Notes: generated by a model not told the origin, from the sequence alone. A stretch of 62,058 nt of DNA, filler included, from 7 parts of 7 records of this genome joined end to end with filler, not necessarily neighbours in it, one strand, 5' to 3'. Positions 1 through 9,290 are shown, numbered from the whole stretch's first letter. Numbers and translations are program-made.

Positions 1-1
1 T

Positions 2-460
2 TTTGGATTTGCTCCTTTGACCTGGCTCTCAACCGCAGGAATGTCTATGTTCAGTGTCATCATGGTTGAGGTGTGGCAATGGACGCCATTCATGTTTCTG
101 CTGTTGCTGGCCGGACTCCTCTCCTTGCCACGAGATCCATACATGGCCGCCGCTATTGACGGTGCCGGAACGTTTCGTACCTTTTTCAGCGTTACATTCC
201 CGTTAATGGCACCCATCTCAGTTGGGGCAATTCTGATCCGTCTGATCGAGGCCTCCAAAATAATGGATTCGGTGTATGTCTTGACTTCCGGAGGTCCCGG
301 AACTGCCACTGAAACCAGCAGCTACTACATCTACATTCGAGGGCTGAGGGATTATCAAATAGGCTATGCAGCTTCATTGTCACTGACCTATTTAATCATC
401 ATGATTATCAGCCTCACAGTAATCGCCAAAGTGTTAACCAAGAAGATGATCCGGGATTAA
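2..460 (+). CDS. Carbohydrate ABC transporter permease (MalF-type), 5'-truncated
   Basis: EVWQWTPF...EAA-like loop (YMAAAIDGAG), LTSGGPG, hydrophobic helices; frame open from the window start. Confidence 0.9.
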   Translation, partial: FGFAPLTWLSTAGMSMFSVIMVEVWQWTPFMFLLLLAGLLSLPRDPYMAAAIDGAGTFRTFFSVTFPLMAPISVGAILIRLIEASKIMDSVYVLTSGGPGTATETSSYYIYIRGLRDYQIGYAASLSLTYLIIMIISLTVIAKVLTKKMIRD

Positions 461-464
461 ATTC

Positions 465-1310
465 ATGCGTACCCTATATCTGGCTTTAAAATATTTTGCC
501 ATTCTCCTCTGGTCTTCCTTTGTGGCTCTGCCTTTCCTCTGGGCCTTGACCACCTCTTTCAAGACAGCTAACGGAGTTACCTCAGGGGCTACCTACATTC
601 CCTGGTTGCAATACGAGCCTTCTCTGGAGGGCTGGAAAGTGCTCGTCCGCACCGGCGGGCAGGGCATCGATATCGTGGGGCCGTATATCAACAGTATTCT
701 GGTTACCGGTTCAGCCAGCCTCATCAGTCTGGTCTTAGGAACGTTAGCGGCCTACGGACTTTCACGTTTCACCTATAGGCTGGGGTTCATTAAAAATTCC
801 GACATCACCTTCTTTTTCATTTCCCAGCGTATTATGCCGCCGATTGTGCTATCGATTCCCTTTTTTCTGATGCTGCAATTTTTTGGCCTGCTGGATACGA
901 TTTTAGGGCTGATCATTGTCTATATAGCCCTGCTCATGCCGATAGCGACCTGGGTGATGGTCGATTTTTTCAACAACATCCCTCAGGAAATTGATGAGAT
1001 GGCCATGCTTGACGGCTGTCACCCGATCGAAGTTTTTTTCCGTGTCATCCTGCCAAACTCGTTGCCCGGAGTAGTGGTGGGGGGGCTGTTCTGCCTGATT
1101 TTCGGTTGGAATGATTTTTTCTTCGCCTTCACTCTGACTTTTACCAAGGTTCAGCTGATACCCGTGGCTGTTGTCGCATTAAACTCCTCCGTATCTCCAT
1201 GGTGGAGCCTTTCCGCCTCGGCGCTTGTTTCCGTTGCTCCCCTGGTAATTATTGCCTTTATTGTCGAGCGGTTTCTTTCAAGTGGAAATTTGGCAGGCGC
1301 AATTAGATGA
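465..1310 (+). CDS. Carbohydrate ABC transporter permease (MalG-type)
   Basis: NS...LAAYGLSRF, IPQEIDEMAMLDG (EAA loop), WNDFFFA. Confidence 0.9.
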   Translation: MRTLYLALKYFAILLWSSFVALPFLWALTTSFKTANGVTSGATYIPWLQYEPSLEGWKVLVRTGGQGIDIVGPYINSILVTGSASLISLVLGTLAAYGLSRFTYRLGFIKNSDITFFFISQRIMPPIVLSIPFFLMLQFFGLLDTILGLIIVYIALLMPIATWVMVDFFNNIPQEIDEMAMLDGCHPIEVFFRVILPNSLPGVVVGGLFCLIFGWNDFFFAFTLTFTKVQLIPVAVVALNSSVSPWWSLSASALVSVAPLVIIAFIVERFLSSGNLAGAIR

Positions 1311-1317
1311 GGTCTAA

Positions 1318-2390
1318 ATGTCTTTAAGTTTACAAAACCTGAATATTAGAGTTGATGGTGTCGACCATTTAAAGGGGCTTTCCGCTGAGTTCAAACGAGG
1401 ACACCTTTATACCATTCTCGGAAGAACCCTGTCTGGTAAATCTACTCTTTTACGAACCATTGCCGGACTACAAAAACCCGATTCAGGTACCATCCTGTTG
1501 CATGGTGAGGATCAAACAAATATCCCCGTGTGGAAACGAGATATTGCGATGGTCTACCAGCAGTTCATAAACTATCCTCATCTAGACGTTATGAACAATG
1601 TCATGTTTCCTCTGCTCCGAAAAAAATGAGCCCAAAAGAAGCGGAAGAAAGAGCAGCCAACGCCCTTTCCACGGTGGGGCTTTATGAATTCAGAAACCGG
1701 CGGCCATCGGAGCTATCCGGCGGGCAGCAGCAACGGGTCGCTCTCGCCAGGGCCCTGGCCAAACAGACAGAGATCCTGTTGCTGGATGAGCCCCTAGCCA
1801 ATCTGGACTACAAGCTCCGCGAGCAGCTTCGGGACGAATTCCAAAACCTATTTGAGACCTCGGTGGATACCATTGTCATCTACACCACAACCGAGCCGGA
1901 GGAAGCTGTCCAGTTGGGTCACGAACTGATTGTTATGGATCAGGGGACCATCCTCCAGCATGACGTTCCCTTAGCCGTATTTAATTCACCTGTCTCTACC
2001 CAATGCGCCGAAGTCATAAACGATCCCCCTATGAATATCTATGACGGCAATATTGATAACAATGGGATCACTTTCAATGGCGGTATACATCTTTCAAAGC
2101 CGGCCCACATGACTGATCTTCCGTCGGGGAATTACCGGTTTGGCGCTCGGGCGGTGGATATCACCGTTGGCGGTGCAATTGACAGCATTATAGAACTCAG
2201 TGAAATATCAGGCTCGCAGACCATCCTGCATCTAAAGGGAGAAATCGGAACATCCATTGTTTATGTGGATGGTATACATGATTATCAAATCGGAGATAAC
2301 CAGACAATTACAATTGATGCTGGATCGTTGTACGTTTTTGAGACAGATGGGAAACTTACCTGCGCCCCTGAAAACCGGGAGAATGTATAA
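1318..2390 (+). CDS. ABC transporter ATP-binding protein, GlpS-like; split by a 1-nt frameshift in the A7 run at 1620-1626
   Basis: Walker A GRTLSGKS and MVYQQFINYP in ORF 1318-1629; LSGGQQQR and LLLDEP in ORF 1530-2390; one extra A joins them (RKKMSPKE). Confidence 0.85.
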
Positions 2391-3473
2391 ATGGCCACCA
2401 TTACCCTTACCAATATCGCCCACACCTATCAGCCGACGCAAGATAACCCTTTGTATGCATTAAAAAAGCTTGACATGGCCTGGGAAGATGGTGGAACATA
2501 CGCTCTTTTGGGGCCCTCCGGCTGTGGTAAAACAACGATGCTGAATATTATTTCCGGTCTTCTCTACCCCAGTGACGGTCAGGTGTTGTTCGATGATCTA
2601 GATGTCACCCGAGAACCCACTAAAAATCGTAATATTGCTCAGGTATTTCAGTTTCCGGTTATCTACACACGTATGAGTGTTGGGGAAAACCTCGCTTTTC
2701 CGCTGGTCTGCAGGGGAATCCCTGTGGATGAACGAAAGCGGCGGGTAGCGGAAGTTGCCGACTTGCTTAACTTGTCGGGTAAGCTGTCCCAGCCGGCCAA
2801 CAAGCTGGCAGCGGACGAAAAGCAACTGATTTCCCTTGGGCGGGGGCTGGTCCGTAACGATGTATCGGCTCTTTTGCTGGACGAACCGCTCACCGTAATA
2901 GACCCGCAACTCAAGTTTCATATCCGAAGAAAGCTAAAGGAGATTAACGAACGCTACCGGTTGACCATGGTATTTGTAACTCATGATCAGAATGAAGCCA
3001 TGAGTTTTGCTGACACAGTGGTGGTAATGAAAGATGGACAGGTGGTACAGGCCGGTTCGCCGGAAACACTTTACGAACGTCCCGAGACAACTTTTGTCGG
3101 TTACTTCATCGGATCTCCGGCGATGAACTTCATCCAGGGCAGGGTGTCCGAAGGAAAGATCCGGACTGCAGGTGGAGATTTAGATATTCCGCCCTCAGTT
3201 ACTATACCCAGAGATGTAGAAGAACTACAGATAGGTATACGGCCAAGGTATGCGCAGTTAACAGAAACCCCTGGTACTAATTCACTCAAAGGACGGGTTC
3301 GGTCGGTCCAGGAACTGGGCACCTATAGAATTGTCACCTTTTCAATAAAAGAAGAGATTGTCCGCATAAAACTATCATCAAAGGACCCGATCCCAGGAAG
3401 TGATACAATAGCCTATGTCTCATTTCCGCCCAGCCACACCTGTCTGTATGGTGACGGAAAGCTGATAAGTTGA
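2391..3473 (+). CDS. ABC transporter ATP-binding protein, GlpT-like
   Basis: GPSGCGKT, AQVFQFPVIY, LLLDEPLTVIDP, VTHDQ, FIGSPAMN; degenerate signature LAADEKQ. Confidence 0.9.
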   Translation: MATITLTNIAHTYQPTQDNPLYALKKLDMAWEDGGTYALLGPSGCGKTTMLNIISGLLYPSDGQVLFDDLDVTREPTKNRNIAQVFQFPVIYTRMSVGENLAFPLVCRGIPVDERKRRVAEVADLLNLSGKLSQPANKLAADEKQLISLGRGLVRNDVSALLLDEPLTVIDPQLKFHIRRKLKEINERYRLTMVFVTHDQNEAMSFADTVVVMKDGQVVQAGSPETLYERPETTFVGYFIGSPAMNFIQGRVSEGKIRTAGGDLDIPPSVTIPRDVEELQIGIRPRYAQLTETPGTNSLKGRVRSVQELGTYRIVTFSIKEEIVRIKLSSKDPIPGSDTIAYVSFPPSHTCLYGDGKLIS

Positions 3474-3489
3474 CGTCGGATTATTATTC

Positions 3490-3815
3490 TTCCAATCCTT
3501 TGCCAGCCTCGTTACCGTCGCAGGAACCATTGAGCCTCGCTGTCCTTGGAAAAGCACATCGTCATCTGAATAGTTACCTCCGTACATCGAAAGTAATCGC
3601 TCGATAGCTTCAATTACATCGCTGCTCAATGTAATACGCCTCCGCTTTCCGGTCTTCGCGTCTCGCACCTGCCCGATTTTGGTGCGCAGAATATCCGAAG
3701 CGCGAAGGTTGGTGCTGATGCCAATGACGAACAGACACAACTAACGCGGGGAGTTTTCGAGCAGGCGGCGAACTGCACGTATGTCCTTCAATTTTTTAAT
3801 AGGCTCTACCTTCAT
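3490..3815 (-). pseudogene. Tyrosine recombinase/phage integrase remnant
   Basis: GGAGG RBS, ATG at 3815, MKVEPIKKLKDIRAVRRLLENSPR*LCLFVIGISTNLRASDIL; in-frame TAG at 3741-3743; first catalytic Arg box present, HxxR and Tyr boxes absent. Confidence 0.75.
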
Positions 3816-4100
3816 ACAGTAACCTCCATGTTTTTTCGTGAACTGGTATCTATTTATATGCCCAGTTATTAAAAAGACACGAGATTTTTTGTACGAGCAC
3901 GAGCCATGGAGCCAGAACGTAAGCCTACGTTTAAAATAGAAAAACTCGTCAAATTTTAAATAAAAAGGTACGAGTTACTCGCATATACATCCGAAGAATC
4001 AGAAAACTCCATCGCGAAGAGATGGGGATCATGGGAAATTTCAAATCATCTAGGCAAGCTAAGATTGTTCACAGTCCGGCATATCCCAAACAACAAAATC

Positions 4101-4146
4101 ATAGGTATTTTCTATCGAATAAATTGGATAAATATATTTTATCTAT
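4101..4146. promoter_or_regulatory. Candidate LysR-type operator upstream of the transglutaminase-like gene
   Basis: ATAG-N7-CTAT at 4101-4115 (T-N11-A); GATAAA-N5-TTTATC palindrome at 4127-4143. Confidence 0.45.
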
Positions 4147-4232
4147 TGTACATCTTCTGTGATTACAAGTATCTTCGTTGGCTTCTATTATCGAAAGAGT
4201 TACGCAATATCATATTAAATTAAGGAGACAAC

Positions 4233-5246
4233 ATGATTAAAAACCTGTTTTGGGCTGTAATTTTAGCATGCATGTTCATGTCATTTCCCGCAATGGCTGC
4301 AGAACAATCATCTGGTACCGTTTCTATGGAGTTTGATCTTTCAAACCAGGCTACTGGGGAAGAAGCAGAACTGTGGATTCCCTATCCGCTTTCTGATCAG
4401 GACCAGCTTATCACAAATATTTCCATCGTTGGTGATTATGTCGAGTCTGCAATCTACTCAGACCAGAAATACTCCACCCCTATCCTCTATGCCCGTTGGA
4501 ATAAAGATGCTAAAAGCCGTAAGCTGACTTTCAGTTTCCATGCGGTGCGTAATGAGGTGGTTAAGAAAGATTTTCCTAAAAAAGAAGGTGCGTGGGATCC
4601 AAGAGATTATCAAATGTACCTGACTGGAACCAGCCTCGGTCCCATTGATGGTGAGGTGAAAGAGCTGGCAGATAAGATCGTGAAAGGAAAAACCACGGTA
4701 TATGCCAAAGCCAAAGCTATCTACGATTGGACCTGTGAAAATATGTACAGAGATCCGAAAACGGTAGGTTGTGGACCAGGAGATGTTTGCAGCCTGCTAA
4801 ATACCCCGGGTGGAAAATGTACCGATATCCATTCCGTTTATGTAGCTCTTTGTCGTGCTGCGGGTATTCCTGCAAGGGAAGTTTTTGGTATTCGTCAAGG
4901 CAAAAAAGACGTTGTAGATATCACCAAGTGGCAGCATTGCTGGGCTGAGTTTTTCCTTCCTGGATATGGCTGGGTTCCTGTTGATCCTGCTGACGTCCGT
5001 AAGATGATGCTGAAATATGACCTGAAACTCGAAGATCAGAAGACTAAAGATTATCGTGAATACTTCTGGGGTGCTTGGGATCAGTATCGTGTGAAACTGG
5101 CTGTTGGCCGTGACCTGACTTTAACCCCGGTACAGAAAGGAAAGCCACTGAACACTTTCGGTTATCCCTATGCTGAAGTTGGTGGCAAAGCGCTTGACTT
5201 TTATGATCCTGCAACATTTAAGTACACCATCACTTACACAAAATAA
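4233..5246 (+). CDS. Exported transglutaminase-like cysteine enzyme
   Basis: Signal peptide (..PAMA/AE), GGKCTDIHS (Cys), QHCWAEF (His), GWVPVDP (Asp); AAGGAG RBS. Confidence 0.9.
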   Translation: MIKNLFWAVILACMFMSFPAMAAEQSSGTVSMEFDLSNQATGEEAELWIPYPLSDQDQLITNISIVGDYVESAIYSDQKYSTPILYARWNKDAKSRKLTFSFHAVRNEVVKKDFPKKEGAWDPRDYQMYLTGTSLGPIDGEVKELADKIVKGKTTVYAKAKAIYDWTCENMYRDPKTVGCGPGDVCSLLNTPGGKCTDIHSVYVALCRAAGIPAREVFGIRQGKKDVVDITKWQHCWAEFFLPGYGWVPVDPADVRKMMLKYDLKLEDQKTKDYREYFWGAWDQYRVKLAVGRDLTLTPVQKGKPLNTFGYPYAEVGGKALDFYDPATFKYTITYTK

Positions 5247-5281
5247 TACTGGATAAGCTGTAACTAGTATAACCGCCCTCC

Positions 5282-5320
5282 ATGGGGTCATCAGCAGCTG
5301 GCGGATGACCCCATTTTTTT
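5282..5320 (+). terminator. Rho-independent terminator
   Basis: ATGGGGTCATC...GATGACCCCAT stem followed by a T-run. Confidence 0.8.
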
Positions 5321-5354
5321 CTCAAGATAACGACATTATTTGGAGAAATACGTT

Positions 5355-5387
5355 ATGGCAGTACGCAGAACGTTTCTCAAACTGTAA
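5355..5387 (+). pseudogene. Truncated gene start carrying a twin-arginine motif (MAVRRTFLKL*)
   Basis: GGAGA RBS at 5342-5346, ATG at 5355, RRTFLK, then an immediate stop. Confidence 0.45.
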
Positions 5388-5428
5388 ACAGAAGTAGGTC
5401 CACTCTCCTGGACCACTAGACGGCAAAG

Positions 5429-6199
5429 TTAGTCACCTTGAAGATGCCATTCTGCTCCCGGTTCTCTACAAACAACAACGTCATTCTTTTGGATTTGCTT
5501 TTCTCCAACCCATGATCCGACCGTAAGACTTCTACATTCTTTATCCACAACAGTGTTAATTGCTGTGAGGACCACATATCCATGGTTAGGCGATTCAGGG
5601 TTGTCCCATTGTATCATTGCACCAACTTGCTGACTGTGACATGCTTTAAGAGCAGCTTCTTCAATCAATTTATAATCACTACCCTTATGTTGTTCACTGC
5701 CCACGCCACTTAACTTCTTGCCAAGATTAGCAACCATAGCAAATGGTGCAGTTACAACACCAGTGATAGCACCAACCACAGCTCCTTTTCCTGCATCCTT
5801 ACTTAACGTTTTAGCATGGCTAATTACCTGATCTGCTCGATCAAGGATTTGTGGTATTTCTAATCTCACCTCATGGATCTCCTGGGTAAGCGTTTCTGCA
5901 TAGCTGAATGTTTGATCAACACGATCGAGTAGTTGAGGGATGTCTAATCTTATGTCACGTATCTCTTGGATAAATAATGGCGCTACAGTCTGATTCTCCT
6001 CAATTACACCCGCCACTCTGTTAACTGCATCAGAAGCTTTATCAATACTTTCAGCTATCGCTGAAACCTTGCTCATGATGTTGGGCAGTTCTATAATAGC
6101 ACCAGATATCGTGATGGTAAAATACGTTAAAGCCCCTGCAAAAACAAAAAGAGAGAGAGACAATATGTATGTTGCTGAAGTGCATACTTTTGTATTCAT
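5429..6199 (-). CDS. Membrane-anchored protein with helical repeat, glycine-zipper-like segment and C-terminal 17-kDa-antigen (RT0821/Lpp0805)-like domain
   Basis: N-terminal TM, GAVVGAITG, WDNPESPNHG...ECR...VCREPGAEW; likely start ATG 6199 after GGAGA. Confidence 0.6.
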   Translation of the reverse strand: MNTKVCTSATYILSLSLFVFAGALTYFTITISGAIIELPNIMSKVSAIAESIDKASDAVNRVAGVIEENQTVAPLFIQEIRDIRLDIPQLLDRVDQTFSYAETLTQEIHEVRLEIPQILDRADQVISHAKTLSKDAGKGAVVGAITGVVTAPFAMVANLGKKLSGVGSEQHKGSDYKLIEEAALKACHSQQVGAMIQWDNPESPNHGYVVLTAINTVVDKECRSLTVGSWVGEKQIQKNDVVVCREPGAEWHLQGD

Positions 6200-6325
6200 A
6201 ACCGTTGTTGTTGTTCTCCAAAAATGTTTGACACTATAATAAATCGCTCCCAGTCGCAGCAATTACCACCAGAGATTCACAATTGGTTACACTCTCTTAA
6301 GTAGATGTCATGTGGGGCTCTATAT

Positions 6326-6979
6326 TCATGTTATAGCTATAGTCATAGCCTCACGGATTCCCTGGATCAACATTTGTGTACCAATCACTGCCAGAATGAG
6401 TCCCATTAAACGCGATACAATGTCGAGTCCTTTATCGCCCACAATTTTTACGGTCCGCTCGCTAAAAACGAAGGCAACGTAGGTCAGGAGGCAGAGCGCC
6501 ATAAATACCAGAATCGTTGTGGTTATCTTGGCGACGCCACCGGCGGCAGAGAAATTCATAGCAGTGGCGATGGTGCCCGGACCTGCAAGTATTGGGATGG
6601 CCAGGGGAGAAATGGCTATGTCCAGCTTGGAATTGTCAACGGCACTGTCCTCTTCTTTCCCAATAGTCTTATCTTTAGGTAGGGGATGATGCATTTTGGA
6701 GGTGGCACCCTGAAGCATATGATATCCCACCAGAAAAACCAGCACCCCACCAGTGATGCGAAGGGCAGGCAGGGTGATGCCAAATAACTCAAAGATGCCC
6801 TTACCGAACAGACTGAACAACGCTACGATAGCAAAAGCGGTTGTTACGGACTTAAAGGCTACCCGTTTTTGCTCATTCGGTGACACACCATTGGTCAAAC
6901 CAACAAATACTGCAGTATTTGCAATCGGATTCATGATTGCAAAAAAACCGAGAAAGACAGTAATGATGTGTTCCAGCAT
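6326..6979 (-). CDS. marC: MarC family membrane protein
   Basis: FFAIMNPI, FGITLPALRITGG, ISPLAIPILAGPGTI, RLMGLILAVIG; ATG 6979 after GAGGAG. Confidence 0.9.
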   Translation of the reverse strand: MLEHIITVFLGFFAIMNPIANTAVFVGLTNGVSPNEQKRVAFKSVTTAFAIVALFSLFGKGIFELFGITLPALRITGGVLVFLVGYHMLQGATSKMHHPLPKDKTIGKEEDSAVDNSKLDIAISPLAIPILAGPGTIATAMNFSAAGGVAKITTTILVFMALCLLTYVAFVFSERTVKIVGDKGLDIVSRLMGLILAVIGTQMLIQGIREAMTIAIT

Positions 6980-7289
6980 ATCAATCTCCTCATTCACTCT
7001 ATTATTTGGATACTGAGTTACTCCCGCTAGCCCGTGAGAACATGATTGTGTGCAGATACTTGCAAACTGTGCAGTTGGAGAGAACATTCTGTTGCCTGGA
7101 AGTTTTGCAAGTTCATCTGCCATGCAGAATATAGTACAAAATCGATATGGTAGAGCAGTTGCTACTAACAACTTGATAGTGTCAGTGCACCAATCTCCTG
7201 AAAGCCTTCAGCCTCACTCAGCACAATTGACCGTAATATGGTTAGCGTCAGTCCCAGTGCACTGCTCCCAGCTGAGTCATAAATAGACA

Positions 7290-7690
7290 GTCCCTCTTTC
7301 GTGCTTCCACTGCAAACTCAACAATGGGAATGGCATTTTTACTGGCCAGGGCAATGAGTAACACAATACCAATCTGGGTATAGATATTACTTTCCATGTG
7401 ACGAATCATCAAAGCGGCCACCATCCCAAGAAGTGCCAGCGGCACAGCGCGCCAGGATAACAGCAAAGGAGATTGCTGGATCACGGCCTCCTCAATCACA
7501 TCACCAGCAGCATACATTTGCTCAAGCATGGTATGCAGATTAAACCCTTTGGGGATTCGTCCAGAAAAATCCTCAAAGACCACCCACAGGCCGGCTCCGT
7601 TTGGCATGTCGGTATCCTCCAGGAGGGAATATCCGGCAATGGAGACCATCTTTCCCACTTTATCTACCTCATTTTTTGTTTTAATAAAAT
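7290..7690 (-). pseudogene. Internally deleted RND (AcrB/HAE1) permease remnant
   Basis: SIAGYSLL (pore-domain-like segment) joined within about 60 aa to AVPLALLG...NIYTQIGIVLLIALASKNAIPIVEFA (C-terminal TM motif); far shorter than a ~1000-aa RND protein. Confidence 0.7.
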
Positions 7691-7740
7691 CAATGATTTA
7701 TGATTTATAGAGTGGGAAATATATTTGCCGTTGATCACTA

Positions 7741-9048
7741 TTAGAGGTTTGCTGTTCTATCTGATGGTGTATACCAAATCGGCGAACTCCAAGCACGCTC
7801 CTGAATCGTAGATGGGACATCTTCTAGAGGTTCTATCTTAAGGCTGTTTGCATCATAGGTGCTCCAGCGACAAGTAGGGTTCTCTAAAACACGAACATAG
7901 TAAAAAGCGTCTTGTGATTGATTAAAGTCGGGATCTTCCCAGAGTACTTTAAACTCGGAAACTCCATTTGACTCAGAATCATTACAAGTCGTCAAGTCAA
8001 CTGTTGCTCCATTGTTGGGACAACGGTAGTTACTGTCTGGTTCGAGCCCATCTGAACAAGCGATATCGTATACTTGCTCATGGCTGCCATTGTTATCTGC
8101 CCAGCCTTTAATGACTTGAAGGCGCTGTAAGTTTGCTCCCATGGGGTCTTTAGAAGCCAAGACTAAAAATGATGGGGACTGCTGATTCGGTATATTATTT
8201 TGATGTGAAAGATCTCCCCCCATGGGAGTACCGTTTTGATAAGCCGTTTGGATCATGTTTTGGCGAGGGTGTTGATGAAGATCTTTTGCGTAGTTCCACC
8301 CTGCAAAAAATCTGACGCTGATACGTGTGCCTGAGGTGCCGAATACTTCTTTTCGTAAAAAAGCGTCAAATATAGCATCGCGGCTATTTTCTAATGCCCA
8401 AACACCGGTTAGCCCACCGGGATTATATGCTCTCAACGGAGGGCTGTTGGATTTCGGTTGTTGAGTTAGTCGTCCTTTTGGAGTTGCACCGACTACACCA
8501 CCTTGAGACATATATTGATACTCTTCTGTGGCACCTGGTGTGCCATTTTGGTTATCAGTACCAGCAATGAAACCGTATTTAAAAGGATTAGCTCCTGTTT
8601 TCGTTTTTACTATCAGCCCCTTTTTTAGCCCATTACGCACATAAGAGTCTTCTCGACAATTTACATCTGAGTAGTTAGCGAATTTATCACTTTTACAGTG
8701 ACTTAAAACAGCAGATTCAAAATTACAAAACTCATCAATTGTTCCTGCACCTGTAAGACACTCAGAACTTCCTTTTGATTGATGAATTTCAATCAATGGT
8801 TCTAATCTTTTTCGGCGTTCATAGTCCTCGGTTGTATATTTTTTGGGAGCAAAACTGCTATCCATTCTATCCTCTCTGGCAAAAAACATTCCATCAGACA
8901 AATTACACATATGGGGAATAGTCACTGCTTGACAATTGTTTTCTGTATTGCAGGTTTTATCTAGCTTTTCCCAGAGAATAGAAGCTGTGAAAGCACTATA
9001 TGCGGTAAGCACAGTATCCGGCACAAAATTATTTCTGAAAATAACATT
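7741..9048 (-). CDS. DUF3604 family protein (PHP-like), 5'-truncated at the contig end
   Basis: NVIFR, GGLTGVWA.ENSR, GTSGTRI.VRFF, PMGG, FYYVRVLENPTCRWST, IQERAWSSPIWY. Confidence 0.85.
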   Translation of the reverse strand, partial: NVIFRNNFVPDTVLTAYSAFTASILWEKLDKTCNTENNCQAVTIPHMCNLSDGMFFAREDRMDSSFAPKKYTTEDYERRKRLEPLIEIHQSKGSSECLTGAGTIDEFCNFESAVLSHCKSDKFANYSDVNCREDSYVRNGLKKGLIVKTKTGANPFKYGFIAGTDNQNGTPGATEEYQYMSQGGVVGATPKGRLTQQPKSNSPPLRAYNPGGLTGVWALENSRDAIFDAFLRKEVFGTSGTRISVRFFAGWNYAKDLHQHPRQNMIQTAYQNGTPMGGDLSHQNNIPNQQSPSFLVLASKDPMGANLQRLQVIKGWADNNGSHEQVYDIACSDGLEPDSNYRCPNNGATVDLTTCNDSESNGVSEFKVLWEDPDFNQSQDAFYYVRVLENPTCRWSTYDANSLKIEPLEDVPSTIQERAWSSPIWYTPSDRTANL

Positions 9049-9148
9049 NNNNNNNNNNNNNNNNNNNNNNNNNNNNNNNNNNNNNNNNNNNNTTAATTAA
9101 TTAANNNNNNNNNNNNNNNNNNNNNNNNNNNNNNNNNNNNNNNNNNNN
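9049..9148. other. Artificial contig spacer
   Basis: 44 N + TTAATTAATTAA (stops in all six frames) + 44 N. Confidence 0.99.
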
Positions 9149-9187
9149 GAGTTATTTTGTCAACGTCAAGGAATGTCTTTAGTGGTT

Positions 9188-9290
9188 TTGTTGCCAGCAG
9201 GATTCTGGGAATTCTAAAGGAGCGTGGGATATCTGTATACTGGCGGCAGAGCCACCAGAATTCACTCCCAGGGGAAGACTGGGAGCGAGA
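9188..9290. repeat. Degenerate REP/MITE-like palindromic element
   Basis: Hairpins CTGGCGGC-AGA-GCCACCAG and CTCCCAG-N7-CTGGGAG ending in CGAG; degenerate inverted partner at about 9188-9214. Confidence 0.35.

Noticed and set aside
1620-1629. A-run frameshifts (also in purF, murA, aapM) as programmed ribosomal frameshifting
   Set aside because: They occur across unrelated organisms and core genes with no obvious stimulatory structures, which fits sequencing error.
3741-3743. In-frame TAG in the integrase as possible pyrrolysine or stop-codon recoding
   Set aside because: The gene is also truncated and apparently internally deleted, and no pyl genes are visible, so pseudogenisation is the simpler explanation.
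4001-4040. Hairpin CTCCATC-GCGAAGA-GATGGGG resembling P2 of a c-di-GMP-I riboswitch
   Set aside because: The following GCAAAG junction, second stem and tetraloop receptor are absent.
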